The notes under the pieces were generated by a model. That model made no database searches, was not told where the DNA came from, and was given only the letters and a program-made list of their open reading frames with translations. A DNA stretch of 63,389 nucleotides, the filler included, from Choristocarpus tenellus KU-1152 (lineage: Eukaryota; Protista; Phaeophyceae): the NCBI GenBank assembly GCA_964200185.2. It is 9 parts of 9 records of this genome, joined end to end, with 100 filler letters (N's around TTAATTAATTAA, not from the genome) between each part and the next. Parts side by side here need not be neighbours in the genome. Positions count along the whole stretch, not along the records: positions 1 to 14,849 come from CAXNAD020001107.1; 8 more parts are not named here. One strand, given 5' to 3'. The stretch's first letter is position 1. Every line of letters begins with the position of its first letter. Below, piece by piece: positions 1 through 13,831 of this stretch. The position numbers and the translations under genes were made by a program.

Positions 1-1500
1 GGCACAGCCATAGCCACGCACACCCTCCGAAAGGTTACCCTGTTTTGGTGAATGGCAAGGGACCAAGGACAATAGTGTGTCAACAACTGAAGAGCGGGGT
101 TGATCAGGGATAGGGAATTTAGGAGTGAATGGGAGGTCATGACGTGGATGAGACAGAGCAAGTGCTTGTCAGGTCTGTTTGTTTCACATGGCATATGGTC
201 AATGTGGTCAAGAAGATGGGGGTCTGGGATACGTGGCATGTAATGACCATTACTATGGATTTGAGGATATGAGGCAAAGTGGACAAGTCCCAGGAAGAGT
301 GATCCAGCATTGAAGTAAGACCGTCCCAATCCTTAGGAATGCACACAATAGAGCAAATCACTTTTACGAGACATGGAAAGACTATTTGTTGAATGGTTAC
401 TGGAGAAAATCGGCAAAGCTTTTCTGTCTCCCTGTTGGTGATATCTATTGAGTTCCTGAAGCGTTCTAATGATGCCTTCCTATAAACAATGTAATAGTTC
501 TTTTTGAAGAATGTTGTTGCATCTACTGGACTAACCAAGATCCGCCAAGTTCCCAACAAGGCTCACGGTGACCTTCAAGTACACGTGTAACAACACAACA
601 ACGCACCCACCTGCGTTATCAGTGAAGGAATGGAAGTCTGGCAAACACTGAAGTAGGAACAGACTATGCACTGTTACAACGCCCCGCTACATGATAATAC
701 CAGATTTTAAACCCTTACGCTGCACACGTACATCAAGTAACCCTGCAATGATTCGCCCTTGCACAACGGCCACATAAATTTCCTATACTTGGTTCACAGG
801 ATAGTGTAGACGTCTAGGACAGTGCCCTAGGACAACTACTTCGCGCAACCATGCGGTTCGCCAGTGACAGCAAGCCCATACTTTCAGAAGGTAAACGGGG
901 AATTTTATGCACAGGGCGAATGTTGGTTCGATCAGGACATCAGAAGTCTCAATGGTCTGTCCAGGTTCAAATATTTGCTCTCTCACACAGGACACGGCCA
1001 GGTGCCAGGGTCAGGGCCTGAAGTGCGCCCAAAGACACACCTGGTACGAGCATCATAACCACATCGCAGCGCAACGAGCACAACTAGGTCCCGCAGCACA
1101 GACAGACGCTCACTGCCCTCAGGGGGGAGATTGCTGCGAAAAGCATCTCCACGCTCGATCCACCCGATACTGCTCTTGAGTGCAGTCTGCGCTCGCTCTG
1201 TTATGGGAATGAAGGCCTCCACAAGATCTACGTCCAGACCTAGTAGCTGCATACCACCCATCAGATGACCATGTTATAATGGTTCCAGGAGTACAAGTGG
1301 GGCGATTGGTGGCGATAGTTAATCGGAAGGATCAAGCAGTGATCTACGAAGTACACCAGCCTTCTGGTCGGACAGATTTACTGCTACTAACTTTCTCACC
1401 CGGACCACGTCTGTGAGCAGTGTTAGATTCCACTGACCACCCATCAGATCTTCGGCAGGCAGCGATATCTGAGGGAGAGGTTGATGATCAGTTCAATCAA
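1..1500 (-). mobile_element. Possible decayed retroelement-derived sequence (interrupted intronless ORF fragments)
   Basis: Minus-strand ORF fragments 137-559 and 983-1261 have no convincing splice structure and no diagnostic motif. The call rests on context only. Confidence 0.2.
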
Positions 1501-1899
1501 TTCAATGTAGTTGTGAGGGTTATTGATGTGAGATAAGGGGTGTGAGGTTTCACTTGTGGGGATTAGTTCCCTATCACAACGAGCTTACCGCAACTAGACC
1601 GGCAAGTGACTTTCTCTGCGGTTCAGGTAGCTGGTTCAGCAGTTGGGACGGAGAAGCCATCATCTCCACCAGGATGGATTGAGATGATGAAGGTGGGAGG
1701 GTTGTACACTTAAAACACAAAATGTACTGAATCATATCGAACCATGTTCTTGGTGTGCTGCCTCTTTCCGATATATCAACATTACTATGCTCAACTAACT
1801 ATACTAACTCCACCTCATAAAATAGTCACAACAAAGTATACCTATGGCCGCTGTGATCAAAGATGGAGGGCGGGATGACCGGTTAAGCTGGAGCAAGAG

Positions 1900-2700
1900 G
1901 GCAGAGCAGGTATGAAAGCTGCGGTCGCTGCGCAATCAGTTGACCTTTGCTACTGAGGATGGTCCAAGTCTCAATCTCAAACGCCACACTCGCTCCCACC
2001 CGATGTTGTTTCCTGTTCAAGCGGCTACGCGAAGAGCTGAAGGACATTGCACTGAAAAAATGTGACTCTGACATTGCCAAGTTTGTGGCGTGCAGCAGAG
2101 AGAAGGGAATGCTCGTCATCTTCTCGTGCAGGCAACAAAGCAAAGAGAGTGAGTCACTCAAGATTTACCTCGTTAGACTGAAAAGGGTCTAGATACGCAC
2201 ACATTGCCCAAGAATCGCATGCTAGATTCAATGATTTCCCGTTGATGTAATCGCTCGAGATTGATTCTGGGAGCGATCTATACGTATATATTTACTTGGT
2301 GGTGTGATGTTCACCTCAGCTCTGTTATTGTGTAACCATTGCTGCCATCCAGTGAACGCTTGTCTAAATAGTGTTACTAATGAGGAGAACTTCCAGAAAT
2401 ACAAGACCAAGCGAGAAGCGGAGCTTGCTGGAGCTGGCACAGCATGAAGTTCCGTGGGACTCACAGAGACTGAGCAGGTCCCCCCCAAACTAGTCTCATG
2501 GCTTAAGTTATTTTGTTCGCATACGCTGGGTGTTCGAATCATGTGGGGGTTATGAGCTGGCAGTTGTAACCGATGGAGACTGGACACTAAGGGGAAGCTG
2601 CAAATTCGTCCAGGTTGTTAACTTGAGATGCATTCAGGTGTGTATTTACCTTGCAACATTGGGCAGAATCAACCTCAGAATGATTACCCTGTGGTTCTAT
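1900..2700 (+). mobile_element. Decayed retrotransposon gag remnant
   Basis: ORF 1947-2192 ends RQQSKESESLKIYLVRLKR, resembling the Q-x2-3-ES-x3-Y-x2-RL motif of retrotransposon gag. The frame is broken by stops. Confidence 0.35.
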
Positions 2701-5186
2701 GATCCACCTCCAATTTCGAAATTGACCTGTGAAGCACACTATGGAGTCAATACCCCAGTTTCTTGAGTGAATAAGCTCATTAGTATCCCAATATACTCTT
2801 GGACAAATCACTCTAATGTAGTTCGTGCAATTAAAAACATATCATGTATATATGACAGGGCAAGCAAAGCCTCACAGACAGGCTACCAACATAATGAATG
2901 ACAAGAGTGGTGAAGTCAGGGGTACCTTAAGCTGACTGACCTTCAATGCAGTGCATGTGAACTCCTTTTGCGGTCTGTGTGCCATGGGGTAGAATGCAAC
3001 ATCACTGTGTTTCATGGCTGATGTTGCTATAGACCCCAAACCCGGCTTTGACCCTTGTTGCATAGGGCTTTGGCTACGTCCAAACCCTCTACCTCGAATT
3101 TTTGGGAATGAAGGATATATATATATACATATATATTTATCTGACAAATCTGTGATGACTTCTTGTACATTGGAATCAAGAATACTTCATAAATATGTGA
3201 CTATTGTTGCAGGATGTCAACTCAAAATTATTTCTCTAGGTTCAAGGATGGGAAACGTTTTGACAGTGGCATGGTATGAAACCCATCTTCGTTGTAATAT
3301 TCATGCTGCAGATCTTTCCATCTCTTTTACATCTCCAGTTGTGGTAGTGTGGAGGGCGATTAGCTTCGTAATGTGATGAGGTGAAGACTTGCAATGATAG
3401 GTTGTTGAATGCGAAAAATGATGGGTGGACAAATCTGTGCATTGGATATGTAGAGGTGGATCATGCTAAGGCAATACCATTGCACTCCAGGGCCAACTAT
3501 ACAGTGCAGTAGGAGATAGATCAGGACAGGCGCCAATTCAGTCAGTGCACAGTGCAGTTCGCTAGAAAAGGAGCAAATGTGCCTGATACTTCATACTATA
3601 GGATGTAGGGCACTAGGACTTGATAGATCAGATGCGCACGATCCTTGCTGGGGAAAAAGTTGAACATGGGAAGTTGTTGTCGTTGTTGTATCTCATGCCC
3701 TGGTTTGGCCTGGGTAGGTTCTCTGTGATCTTTTCCATGACAGCTGTGGGGAGGTATTGTGACAGCTTCACTCAATGGCATTCTATGGTGATGACTTCCA
3801 AGAAATGACATCCAAGGAAGATATACTTTGCTGCTTGATACCAACCTAAGTAGGAAGTTGTAACTGTCACTTCTGGGACCTACTGCACTGTTCTTCCTGT
3901 TGTGCTGCATAGCTACAACCAAAGGTAATCGTTCTTCTAGCAAGGGTTCACAGCATCAAACAGGACACAATCAAGGACCACCATCTATAAATACTTTCAC
4001 AATATATGTGCCATTCATGTCTTCAAGAACTTCTGGGCGGTTGTGTGTGATCTCCTGCTTCTTCCTTCAATGCACTCCTGAAACGCCCACCTTCCACTCC
4101 GTCCTCTTTCCCCGCACCAGAAGGTGGCAGGGTTCACACTAAAGAAAATTCTAGACATCAGGGTGCCGTTTGTCGAAGAAGCACCAAAGACGAAGTTGAT
4201 GCTTGAGTGCAACACAGTGGAGACTGGCATGGGGAGATGGGATTGGGGAGGGGGGAGTGCTCTTTACAGAACTTCATGCCTTTCATAGCATGATAGTGGA
4301 GACGCTTTCAAGAGCTCTTCCGTTCGATCTCATTAACTACAACAGAGCAACGGGCAATGGGCAAGAGAGTAAACACCGGTTACAGCAAACTGTGTAACAT
4401 GGCAGAATCTCAGCACCCCTCACACCTAATGCGCATCCAAATCCAACCTATCCCGTGAGTTCACAAAATAAAAGCGATAACGGGATAAGTTTGATGGTAT
4501 GTGCTCAGGGGGGATATAAGCTTGACTACTCTCACATGAGCATAGAGTTACTGAGTGCTCTGGTGTTCAGCAGAGCACGATTCTGTGTCTTGCGTGAAGT
4601 CACCATGGGATGCTGACGATACAACCCTCAGGTAGACAGTGGATTTGTCTTATTTTTCTTGTGTCCCACTCGACCCAGTCTGTAGCCAGTGTTTGAGAAA
4701 CGATTCCTCCTTGCCTAGGGTAAATACGCCTTCACTTCAAGCGCAGATTTTGCCACCTTGCTCAACAACCCCCAGATTGAAGAATTCCAGATTATTTCTA
4801 ATACATCGCTCCGAATTTGCAGCAGAGGGATAGGGATGGGATGGGATCTCCCATTAAAATGTGCTCCTCCATATCCTTTCCGATCACAGCAGTACAAGCA
4901 CTCCTCGCTCGCTAGAGAAGGCTAGAGGTTTCTTTACTCCATGAACGGTTTTTCCCATGCCCAACTCCTTGTCCCCCATGTCCAGCAACAGCTTGGGCTA
5001 TACTACGCCTTTGTGTTAGTGGAGTGTAAGATTTTTTTTTAGAAGCATACAGGTTGGTGGTCCAATGACAAATCCGTAAAATTCTGTAACTCGGCTGAGT
5101 AGGAAATTGCAGGCTGGTGGAGTGGTGTAACGCTACACCATTACCCCTAACGGTAGGATGAATTCCACACATTTCCGTCAACAGCA

Positions 5187-5293
5187 TTTTATATTATTAT
5201 GCCCTTTGACATTTTACGGATGTGTCAGGGGGGAGACCAATGAAAACTATACACATTGTCAGTATAAACCCTGAAGAAATAAAATGTTATAAA
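5187..5293 (-). repeat. SINE/LINE 3'-end-like repeat (stem-loop + (TAA)n tail), copy 1
   Basis: TATTATGCCCTTTGACATTTTACGGATGTGTCAGGGGGGAGACCAATGAAAACTATA closely matches copies at ~15727, ~23440 and (inverted) ~32441. Confidence 0.7.
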
Positions 5294-5843
5294 TGTGAAA
5301 AACCCTAATCCATTTGTTACCTCACCACTATGTTGTACTACTGCCCTCCTGTGTCTCCAATCTACCTCTGATAAAACTTTAACCCAATTCAAGATGTTGT
5401 GATAGACCTCTTTTTTGGACCAACAAAAGCGACTCTCTCTGATTGGGTAGAGATATTTTAAAAGAAATGCCGCGTGCGTGCTGAAGTGGAAAAACTACTT
5501 TGAGAGATACACATATTACAAGAAAATAATGTGAGTGCAAAGTGTGCGTGTTTGTAAACATCCATAACAGTAGGGATGGCATAGAGAATCACAGCCGTGA
5601 GCAAAGGCAAGTACACATCAAAGCATCCCTGGAATGGAGCAGGTCTAAGCATTGCTCTTTGTGGTGTGTACTTCAATCAACCTATGTATCTCGATCACCC
5701 CCCCACACCAGCTGTTGGTGTTCTGCAAGCAAACTGTGTGTAGAGTGCAGAAAGGGCAGAGTCTCACTTCATTCCCCCTTTGTCCCGCAATACTCCCGTG
5801 GCGTGCATATTGCGACCCGGGGAGGTAAGGCTTTATCGCACAA

Positions 5844-6147
5844 GACCCAAAGTATCTGGGGGGGGGGGGGAACTACATCAGGGTGTCTATTTGGGCGCAA
5901 ATAAGGAAAAGTGCATTTACATTATTCTTCCATTGTATGGAACCAAATCACCCAAAACTCGCGACATGAAAAAATTGACCCCAAATGGACAGCTGCCACC
6001 CCCCCCCCCCCCCCCCCCCCCCTCANNNNNNNTTTTTCCTTTTTGTCACATTGCAGGGGACCAAAGCACCACGACCCCGCGCCAGGCAAAACGTGCCCCC
6101 CAGGGGACCCCTCCCCCCCCCCCCCCCCCCCCCAGATACTTTGAGCC
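5844..6147. mobile_element. MITE family 2 (poly-G/C), both termini present
   Basis: TIRs GACCCAAAGTATCTGGGGG...CCCCCAGATACTTTGAGCC, flanked by a direct repeat ACAA (5840-5843 / 6148-6151). Contains a small internal N gap. Confidence 0.75.
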
Positions 6148-7006
6148 ACAAGCCACAGTAGTGCGGTAGTGCTAAGTGGCAGGAGCGTCTTCCAGGAGGA
6201 CACAAGCCCTGAGGGATGCCTCAATTTCAGGTGCATCTGATGAAAGATGACCACTTCAGGATGATTACATTATGCACACTCTCAAACGATGTATTGTTGC
6301 TTTGCTACGAAGAAACCTTGATCGTGACAATCCAAATATTCACACGGGGATGTCACAAAACCCTGGACTTGTTGAAGGGTGAAGTTGTTGCTCACAGCGG
6401 CAAACATGACGCTACACTCCTCAGCTCCGCAAAGGTGTCATTTCCAGTCGAAGGGTTCCTCCAACATCAAAATTTGAAGTTAAATAAATGGTGGATGTCC
6501 TATGTTTTCCTTCAGGGCAACACCAAATCAAGGAGGTGGCCTTGTCTTGAAAGCCCTACCACGTGTGACAAGTGTACAATCGTCATGCTGGGGATGCTGC
6601 TGCTCGGCAGTGAAGTGTGTATCGTGGAAGTTGAGACTTTGCTCCCTAGAGCCTTGTTGAACCTCCTGCTTTGAACCTCTTGCCTAACCTCCCACCTTGC
6701 CAACACACACTGGATTGCTGGTATCATAATATCTGAAAAGACACATCAGACTGAAGACGATAATAAAGAAAAACGAACCTTGGAGAGGGAGTTCATTGCT
6801 TTCGACTTTTTAAGTTGGGGAGCATTACGGAACGCTGTTGGTTGTACCCTTACCTCCAGTGCTCTTGCCCCCTATCCATGTATTGCCCTCTTTGCTCATC
6901 CTTGGTGCATATGTACCTGTTTACGTACACTCCTGTACACCTGTACTCCTGTACCCCCCTTTCCCACCAACCATCCATCCACCTGCCAACCAACTCCACC
7001 ATTCTG

Positions 7007-10000
7007 TCACCAGTCGGATGCCATGCAGAGGTGTAAAGGAAAAGTGGCAATAAGGGCCTCTGAGGACCCAAATACCAAAGTGTCCTCTGTCACGAGGACC
7101 GCCCCCACCGCACCACCAGTGCCCCTCACCCCACCAACACACTTCCACCCTCCTCTTCCCCACCCCTTCCCCTTCTTGTTCCTGGCTGGCGAGGTTGAAG
7201 ATGAGCCCATTGAAGTGCTAGCACCTGAGCCAGTGGATTTTCCGCTGACCCGACTCCACACCTTGACCGTAGCATCGCTCCCTCCACTAACAAAGACTCC
7301 CTTCAACACGGAGGCATGCACCGACCAAACCCCATGCCTGCAAAGGTGTCACCGGCCAAGGTGTACATCCCCCCAATACGAGGAGGAGAGCGGTGGCGAT
7401 TGGTGTTGGAAAGTAGAATCAGTGATAATCTCTACGATCCCAACGGAAGTCCAAAGAGGTGCACATCAAAATAGGAAGTAGAAGGATCAAGTTGAAGAGC
7501 TTGCATGTAGGGGAATGGAGTTGAGAGTGAAAGTATCTCAGAGGGTACGAGTCTTTGCCCCTGTTTGTCTGTTCGGGGCTTAGCTTCCCGCGGTCTTTTT
7601 TTTTACGACATTTTCCCACTCCAAAATGCTTTGGAGTAGTAGGTAAATTGTAGTATGGGTTATGAAAAGGTGTGTCTGAAACAAGGATACTGACACTTCC
7701 TAACAAAAACGATAGCCAAAATTACATCAAAATCGCAACACTGGATTTTGGCCCCCAAATGGACGCAGGTCTACCCTCTAAGATACTTTGACTCTGAGGG
7801 GAAGAATGACACAGGACCGGGACGCACATTCAGGAAGGAAAAAGAAAGAAGTGTAACGGAACTTTCTTACTCTCATAATTACAATGCCCGTATTGAAGAC
7901 AACCTCATGGTGGTTTTCTCCGTCAACTGCCGGACAGCTCTTCCAGAAGCACGACCCCAAACCAGTTCATGTCTAAGGGCCTTTTTATCAGGGAATTGAC
8001 ATGAACCCGGTTTCCTTTTTGATGTCGGGTGTCTTGATTGTACCCGTCCATGGCCCGAAGCAACACACCTGTGATCAGTCAGCACATGTAAACAGCACCA
8101 GTCCAGAGGTTTTGTGTTCTCCCTGCCCCAGATTCGAATGGTGGTGTCTGCCGAGCCACTGACAAACATGGTAGTCTTTTTGTTGGTAGTGTTGCTGTGG
8201 CTCTTGCTGGCTTCCTGCAGAACACATAGAGCACCAACTGTGCCGGAGTGCCCCTGCAAGGTGGCCTCACAGGTAGCAGACATTGGATTCCAGATCCTGC
8301 GTAATTATTGTGTTGATACAATTGTGTGAGTGTATGCGTTGTGTGCATTGATATGTAGCCTTCCGCCATGAGCTGCTGGTGGTCAGGAGCGAGGGAAGAA
8401 GAGGGAAAGAAAGGCAACCGAGAATATAATAATGGTTACTGTGATGCACCGTGAGAGTTTTTGGTCGATAATTTAGTGTGATGCTATGCCTGAGGTTGGG
8501 CAGTCAGCGATAGATTCTGTGCTGTCATATCACTCTTCAGCACAGCCAGTTAAAAACAGAAGCTGTAGATACTTGTGGTTCTGCTAAATATATTCCTCTC
8601 TTTCAGTACTGATTTGGCGCCTAGTCTGTTGGTCACAAAGGAAGAGAGAGAGACATTACGATGTGCTCAGGAAAAGGAAAAAAGAGGTGCTGACATAAGA
8701 TATAAACATATACCTATATACATACAGATACCTAATAAAGGTGTCGTGAGACCCTGAAATCAGCAACCCATCCACTCCAAGTGCTGCTAGAGCTGACACT
8801 GCCAAAAGGTGGCCCTCCAACTGGACATGCATCTGCATGCGGTTGAGGTCAATGACAGGAATGAGAGCAGCAGAAGTCCCAGCTGCAAGGTTGTCGCCCA
8901 CTATCGCAATACTCCTCACAGGTGCTCTCTATGCACAGGGACAGCGGTGTAACAGCAGGAGGTGAGATGGGTGAGTGGAAGTGATGTCAGGCATTGCAGT
9001 GCTGCGCCGTGGGTCTGTGGTATAGGGGCCTATTTCGAAATAGATCAAAATTGGAACCGAAATGCACACAGTTAGGCAGAAGTTAATCCGGTTTGGGGGC
9101 AGGTGGTCAAATTTGTCTGGCATGAATACCTACAGTAGCTGGCGACAAGATTGGCGGTATGGCTGAGATATAGCAGTGAATATTTGAAGTCCTATGGGCT
9201 TGTTCTTCCGGGGGAATGAACTCTTCATCTTCCAACAATGATACCCTTACTAGGTCAGTGACATGCAGTAGTGAGGCTGTCGCAATGTCCCAGAACCGAA
9301 CTGTACCATCCACACCGCCTGTGACCAGAGTTCTGCCTGTCACTTCAATGTCCCAAACTGCTCCCCTGTGACCAAGAAATGAGTCTACACGCTCGTGCGT
9401 GATGGTGCCCCAGGCCTGCCGCATTTCCACATGTATGAAAGTGGTCGTACACACATCACAATCATCATTACATCAGTATAAGCCCAACAGCAGATGGATG
9501 TAGAATCTACTTGAAGTCTACTTGATTGTGCACGCAGCCAGCTCAAACAAGAGGGATACGAGGTTGCAATGGTGCTATTGAAGGTCTGTCTAAGTAGCTC
9601 TACACCATAGTCAGAAGAATACAATGCCTCATATAGGAATGATTGCACTGTGTAATACCACAACAGCCTCATCTCCCTCTGTCCTGCCCCACTTCATTTC
9701 AATCCTCCAATCCACACCATGATATACACCAGTATGTTTCTACATCCAAGGCAGATCATCTTTCCAGCTTCCACTACTGAGGCTGATCTACTCCTCACCT
9801 TCACAGTGCCGTCTGATGAAGCAGAAAATAAACACTCAGTGTTTTGTGCCAGTGCCATCACCTGGCCCTCATGGGCCTCAAGCACAACCGAACCGGGCTG
9901 TCTGCTTGAATCAGTATGCAAGGCAGTGTTCTTTGATGACTGCCTTGATGGTGACCTTTGCTTAGCCACACTACTGCCAAAAAAATGCTGCTTTGATGTC

Positions 10001-11036
10001 CCTTGTGATCCTTGATACACTTTGTGAAAAAAACGTGTACCCTCACCTTCATCCTTGTCTTCACCAACCCTGCCTCCTTCCACTACCTCTATATTTTGCC
10101 TTTGAATTTTTGGACTTCGCATGGAAGACCTAACTCTGGTCTCTAGCTGGCTTCGCCCTGACCTCTTCAACAATCCTTCGTGGTTTTGCTTGGATTGGCC
10201 ACCATTGGTACCTGACAATGTTCTACTTGCCTTTGTCAATACAGACAGATCTTCTGACTGGAGAACACACCTTGGGTCATTGCCCCCTTTGCCAACACAG
10301 GGCCCAAATTTTCCATCTCTCCTCATGTAAATTGACTTTTCAGCCCTTGATGAATAGCCAAGATCGTTAATTTGAGATATATCATAACCTTCTCTCAACA
10401 TTTGTCGTTCTCCCACCTCCATAGTTCCTGCCCTCAAAGGGGTCATGGCATCTTTGAGACCTCCACCTCGGGTGGTCTCTTTCACAGAAGGCCGAGTTTC
10501 CTCAAGCACATTATATGGGACACTGCCTGCATCATGTTCCATTTCTTTCACTTCCTTGGGTTCTGCTATCTCCAAAGTAGAGGCCCCCGGTCGACCACCG
10601 ATTTCATCTGCGATCTCAACCCGCAATGAGTAATCCTGTTTTGCCATTGCCAGCCCTTTGTCCCTGTCTCTATCTGGGCTACCTGCTCGACCTTCGCGAG
10701 TAATGCATATGCCTGCTCTCGTGATATACATCTCTGTTGTAGCAGGATCAGGAGTTGTTTTGTGTGCACGGTTTGGTGTCTTCTGGGTTTTTTCGTGTTC
10801 CTCCTTTCCCTGCTGAATTTCCTGTGCCACAGCTCCTGAAACAGCTCCATCAGGCAACTCTCCCCTCACCCTAGATTTTATGCTGTCATCTGACGGTTCA
10901 GACGTTCTTCTTTGTGGTACACCAGAGCAAGTGTGTACTCCAATGGTGCTACCAAGTAGATGTCCAGATATTGGGTGCACAAGATGACAGGTCCTGTGCT
11001 TTCTAAAATGATCTTGTGACTGGTCAAGGTCCTCAC
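7007..11036 (-). CDS. WD40-repeat protein with long low-complexity N-terminal region (5' end unresolved, probably extends to ~11.7-12.6 kb)
   Basis: Phase-consistent GT-AG exons 11036-9799, 9415-9251, 8928-8732, 8296-8069, 7337-7007 (TGA). They give WD repeats AHEGQVMALA..LFSASSDGTVKAW, GHRGAVWDI..LVTGGVDGTVRFWD, GHLLAVSAL..LISGSHDTFIRIWN, GHSGTVGAL..FVSGSADTTIRIW and DHRHGVWSV..FVSGGSDATVKVW. A candidate upstream exon lies at ~11728-11837 (GFTFQPK). Confidence 0.9.
7525..7794. mobile_element. MITE family 1 (~260-270 bp), in last WD40 intron
   Basis: TIRs GAGTGAAAGTATCTCAGAGGGTA...TACCCTCTAAGATACTTTGACTC, flanked by a TGA(G) duplication. Internal sequence matches five other copies. Confidence 0.85.
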
Positions 11037-13218
11037 CTGCAATGCTACAAGGGGAAACCACATCGACTTGTTGGGAGAGGTTGCAATTTCAATTAGACAA
11101 ACAGCATTTGCCTAGTATTGACTTACCCTCAATACAACATATAACCCTGCCCAGGAAGTTCCAGGAGTAAATCCTCACTTCCCATGCTCTATGGATTCCT
11201 ACGCGGCAAAGGTACCATGCCCTAGGAAGGATTTAATACACTTCCACCTCTCAACAACTCTGGGTGATTATGTGGAGTCTAATATTTATTCCATGGATGA
11301 CCCTGTGCACTAGGTGGTGTAGGGAGAATCCCAACAGGTAGATGAAAGTATCGTATTTATTTCTCTACCATAAAGTTTTCTTGGTCCTCACTTCTGCCCC
11401 TGGCAAGCTGCCACGTTAACCTTCTCCACAACAAGCACATTGCTTCCACGAACCAAGTCCTCACCACTTTGCCACGGCATACTGTGACGCAAACCTATAA
11501 CATTTTGGCATTTGGAAGACAACAATTAATCATCTTTTTTGTCTCGACTGCCATCGGTGCAGACCGGTATTCCTACTTGGTCCTTATCGTCGTAGTACTA
11601 CTGCCTAGGGTCTATTCTAGCCCAGCATACTTTTGGGAAGGATGGAAAAGTGTATATTCACGGTGTCCTTACGTACTTCAACGCATAACACACCTGGAAT
11701 CATCACTGCTACAGAGCATCCACTCACGTCTGTTGCTCCAGCCTCGAGGTTGTGGCAAGCTTCGGCTGGAAGGTGAATCCACGCTTGATCTCGTAGTGCC
11801 GGCCTAGGTCCTTCTTCCTATTGCACTTCTCCTCATCCTGATAAGTGAGGCAATATACTTACGGTGTCACGAGACTAAGGTAGAGTTTTTGTTCTCTCAA
11901 TACTTCAAATTATCTCTAAGTCGACGAGATACCCTCACACCGCTTAATACATCTTCTTTGCACAGTAGTGTTACACCTCGTTGAAAAGCCTTTCATGGAG
12001 TCCAGTCCTTGACTTCCCCCGCTCTCCAAATGTTTTGGGCCGGCTAAATGTTTCTGCTTCGAAACTCTTGAGCTTATTTCTAGACCGAAGGAACCTAGCT
12101 CTTGCCTCACGCACATCCCTCTGGTCCACCATATGCAATGTTGGTGGATGATGTTGTGGAGAGTTTTACAAGATTATCATGTAAGATGTTTGTGTAACTG
12201 TCCAAACGCCTTCCATAAAAGAGTATGTCAATACAATATTGAAAGTAGTACGTAGAAAACAGAGTTTGTACAGTGATTGGGGGGGGTGGTCATTGTGATG
12301 TTCACCATGGCAGAGGCCAAAGTATGGAGAACTTTATCTGTTTTCACAACGTTGGTGCTATGCACCTGCGCTTTCCAACTTTCTCCTACTGGCATCCGAA
12401 ATGGAGGAGGTCTCCTGAAAAAGGCTGGAGTCGACGCGCTTTTCGGGTAAGTCATCATTCTGTAGGCTGTTTTCGTGGAGGACGTTCCGTCATTGGTGTG
12501 GTGGTATTCGATTAATGTGTTATGATTGCCTTGGGTCCACTGAATTGAAGAGGAGAGGCAGGGGCTTTTAGGCCAGGAGGCGTTCGTCAATCTCTCGGCA
12601 TCGACATGGACATGGTGTTATGTGTATGCCAAACCGATACGGACTTTCCGTTGTGACTCGTTTTTGTATGAGCGCCATTGGTGAAAAAGAGGCCTTAATA
12701 TTTGTTGGGTAGGGAATTGATGTGAGCATAACTAGTGCACGATGGGTTGGTGCAATGAATACTTTCATGTGTGAAGATTTGTATTATTTGGTTGCAATTG
12801 AGTGTGATCTGATTGCAACTTTTAGCTATGCTGTGTAACCTTTGATCGTTTCATTTACATCTAACTTGTCGACATACCACAAAGATATAGGGTGAGAAAG
12901 AGGAGAAGTCAAGAGATCCTACTTATTGTTTTCGTGCACCTACATTGCCCGTTAAGTTCACACCGTTTCAGTATATAGATATTTCCAATGTGGGTTGACC
13001 CCGAGACATAAGCAACTGTACCCACCACAAAGATCGTCTGTACGGTATATGTCAACACATACTGCACTTCAACCACAGCCACAGCAGAGCATGATGCAGG
13101 TAGTGCAAGGGGAGAAGCTTACGTGGCATGATCATAATATCTAGCCACCTTTCACAACTCCTGCACACCATGTGAATTTACTGTCTATTGGTATTTTGTA
13201 CAATTGCCAACGCCGTAG

Positions 13219-13831
13219 CTGCCAACACTGTACTATTGCATACCGCTCGTTTGCTCATTGCTGCCCTGAGAGCAGCCGTGTCCAAAATCGGGAACGGGTG
13301 TTGAGATCCACATTGCAGAGACCTACTGGATCTGAAGTGGAAAGCTCGGCGCCCACCTCGTCTCCGAATGGACAAGAGTGGGCATACGATTGGCGCAAAC
13401 AGTTGAGTGCTCCATCTCATTTCTCCATCCCACAGTGCTTGATATGCTCTGTCCGGAGTACCTTTAATTTTTGGATGTCCATGTTTTTCTACTTCTCCTG
13501 AAGTGTGTTGGTCCTCCTCGTGTGCCGTAGTTGATTCACTCCATTCCCTCAACTTGTTGGCACTGAAGAGAAGATGTTTGCCATTGTTCACATATATTTT
13601 GCTGACATCGCCTCTGGCACCCCCCCTCACGGCGTGCTGCACTCCCCAAACGCACAACTCACATGCAGTTGGTATCCTGTAGGCTTTGCAAAGGACTTCG
13701 CTCCTGGAACCAAACCATACCCGGTATCAATTTTTGATGAGCCGCTAGTGCTTTACCGCGATGGCGAAAATGCCTTGCAGTGTGTGCAGGATCTGTGTCC
13801 GCACAGGGCTTCCAAACTCTCTGAGGGCATG
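13219..13831 (+). CDS. Rieske [2Fe-2S] non-heme oxygenase (pheophorbide a oxygenase/Tic55-like), 5' part only
   Basis: Exons ~13219-13401 and 13669-13831 splice to YDWRKHWYPVGFAKD...PYPVSIFDEPLVLYRD...CVQDLCPHRASKLSEG, which includes the first Rieske C-x-H motif. No further exons were recognised before the linker at 14850. Confidence 0.85.

Noticed and set aside
4140-4260. KKILDIR followed by a purine tract as a chromodomain/PPT of an LTR element
   Set aside because: Too short and degenerate, and no matching LTR pair was found.
5780-6254. Poly-Pro/poly-Gly ORFs
   Set aside because: They are translations of the G/C homopolymers in MITE family 2 and run through Ns.
6780-7481. 233-aa plus-strand ORF
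   Set aside because: It is the antisense shadow of the last WD40 exon and 3' UTR, Pro/Thr-rich with no motif.
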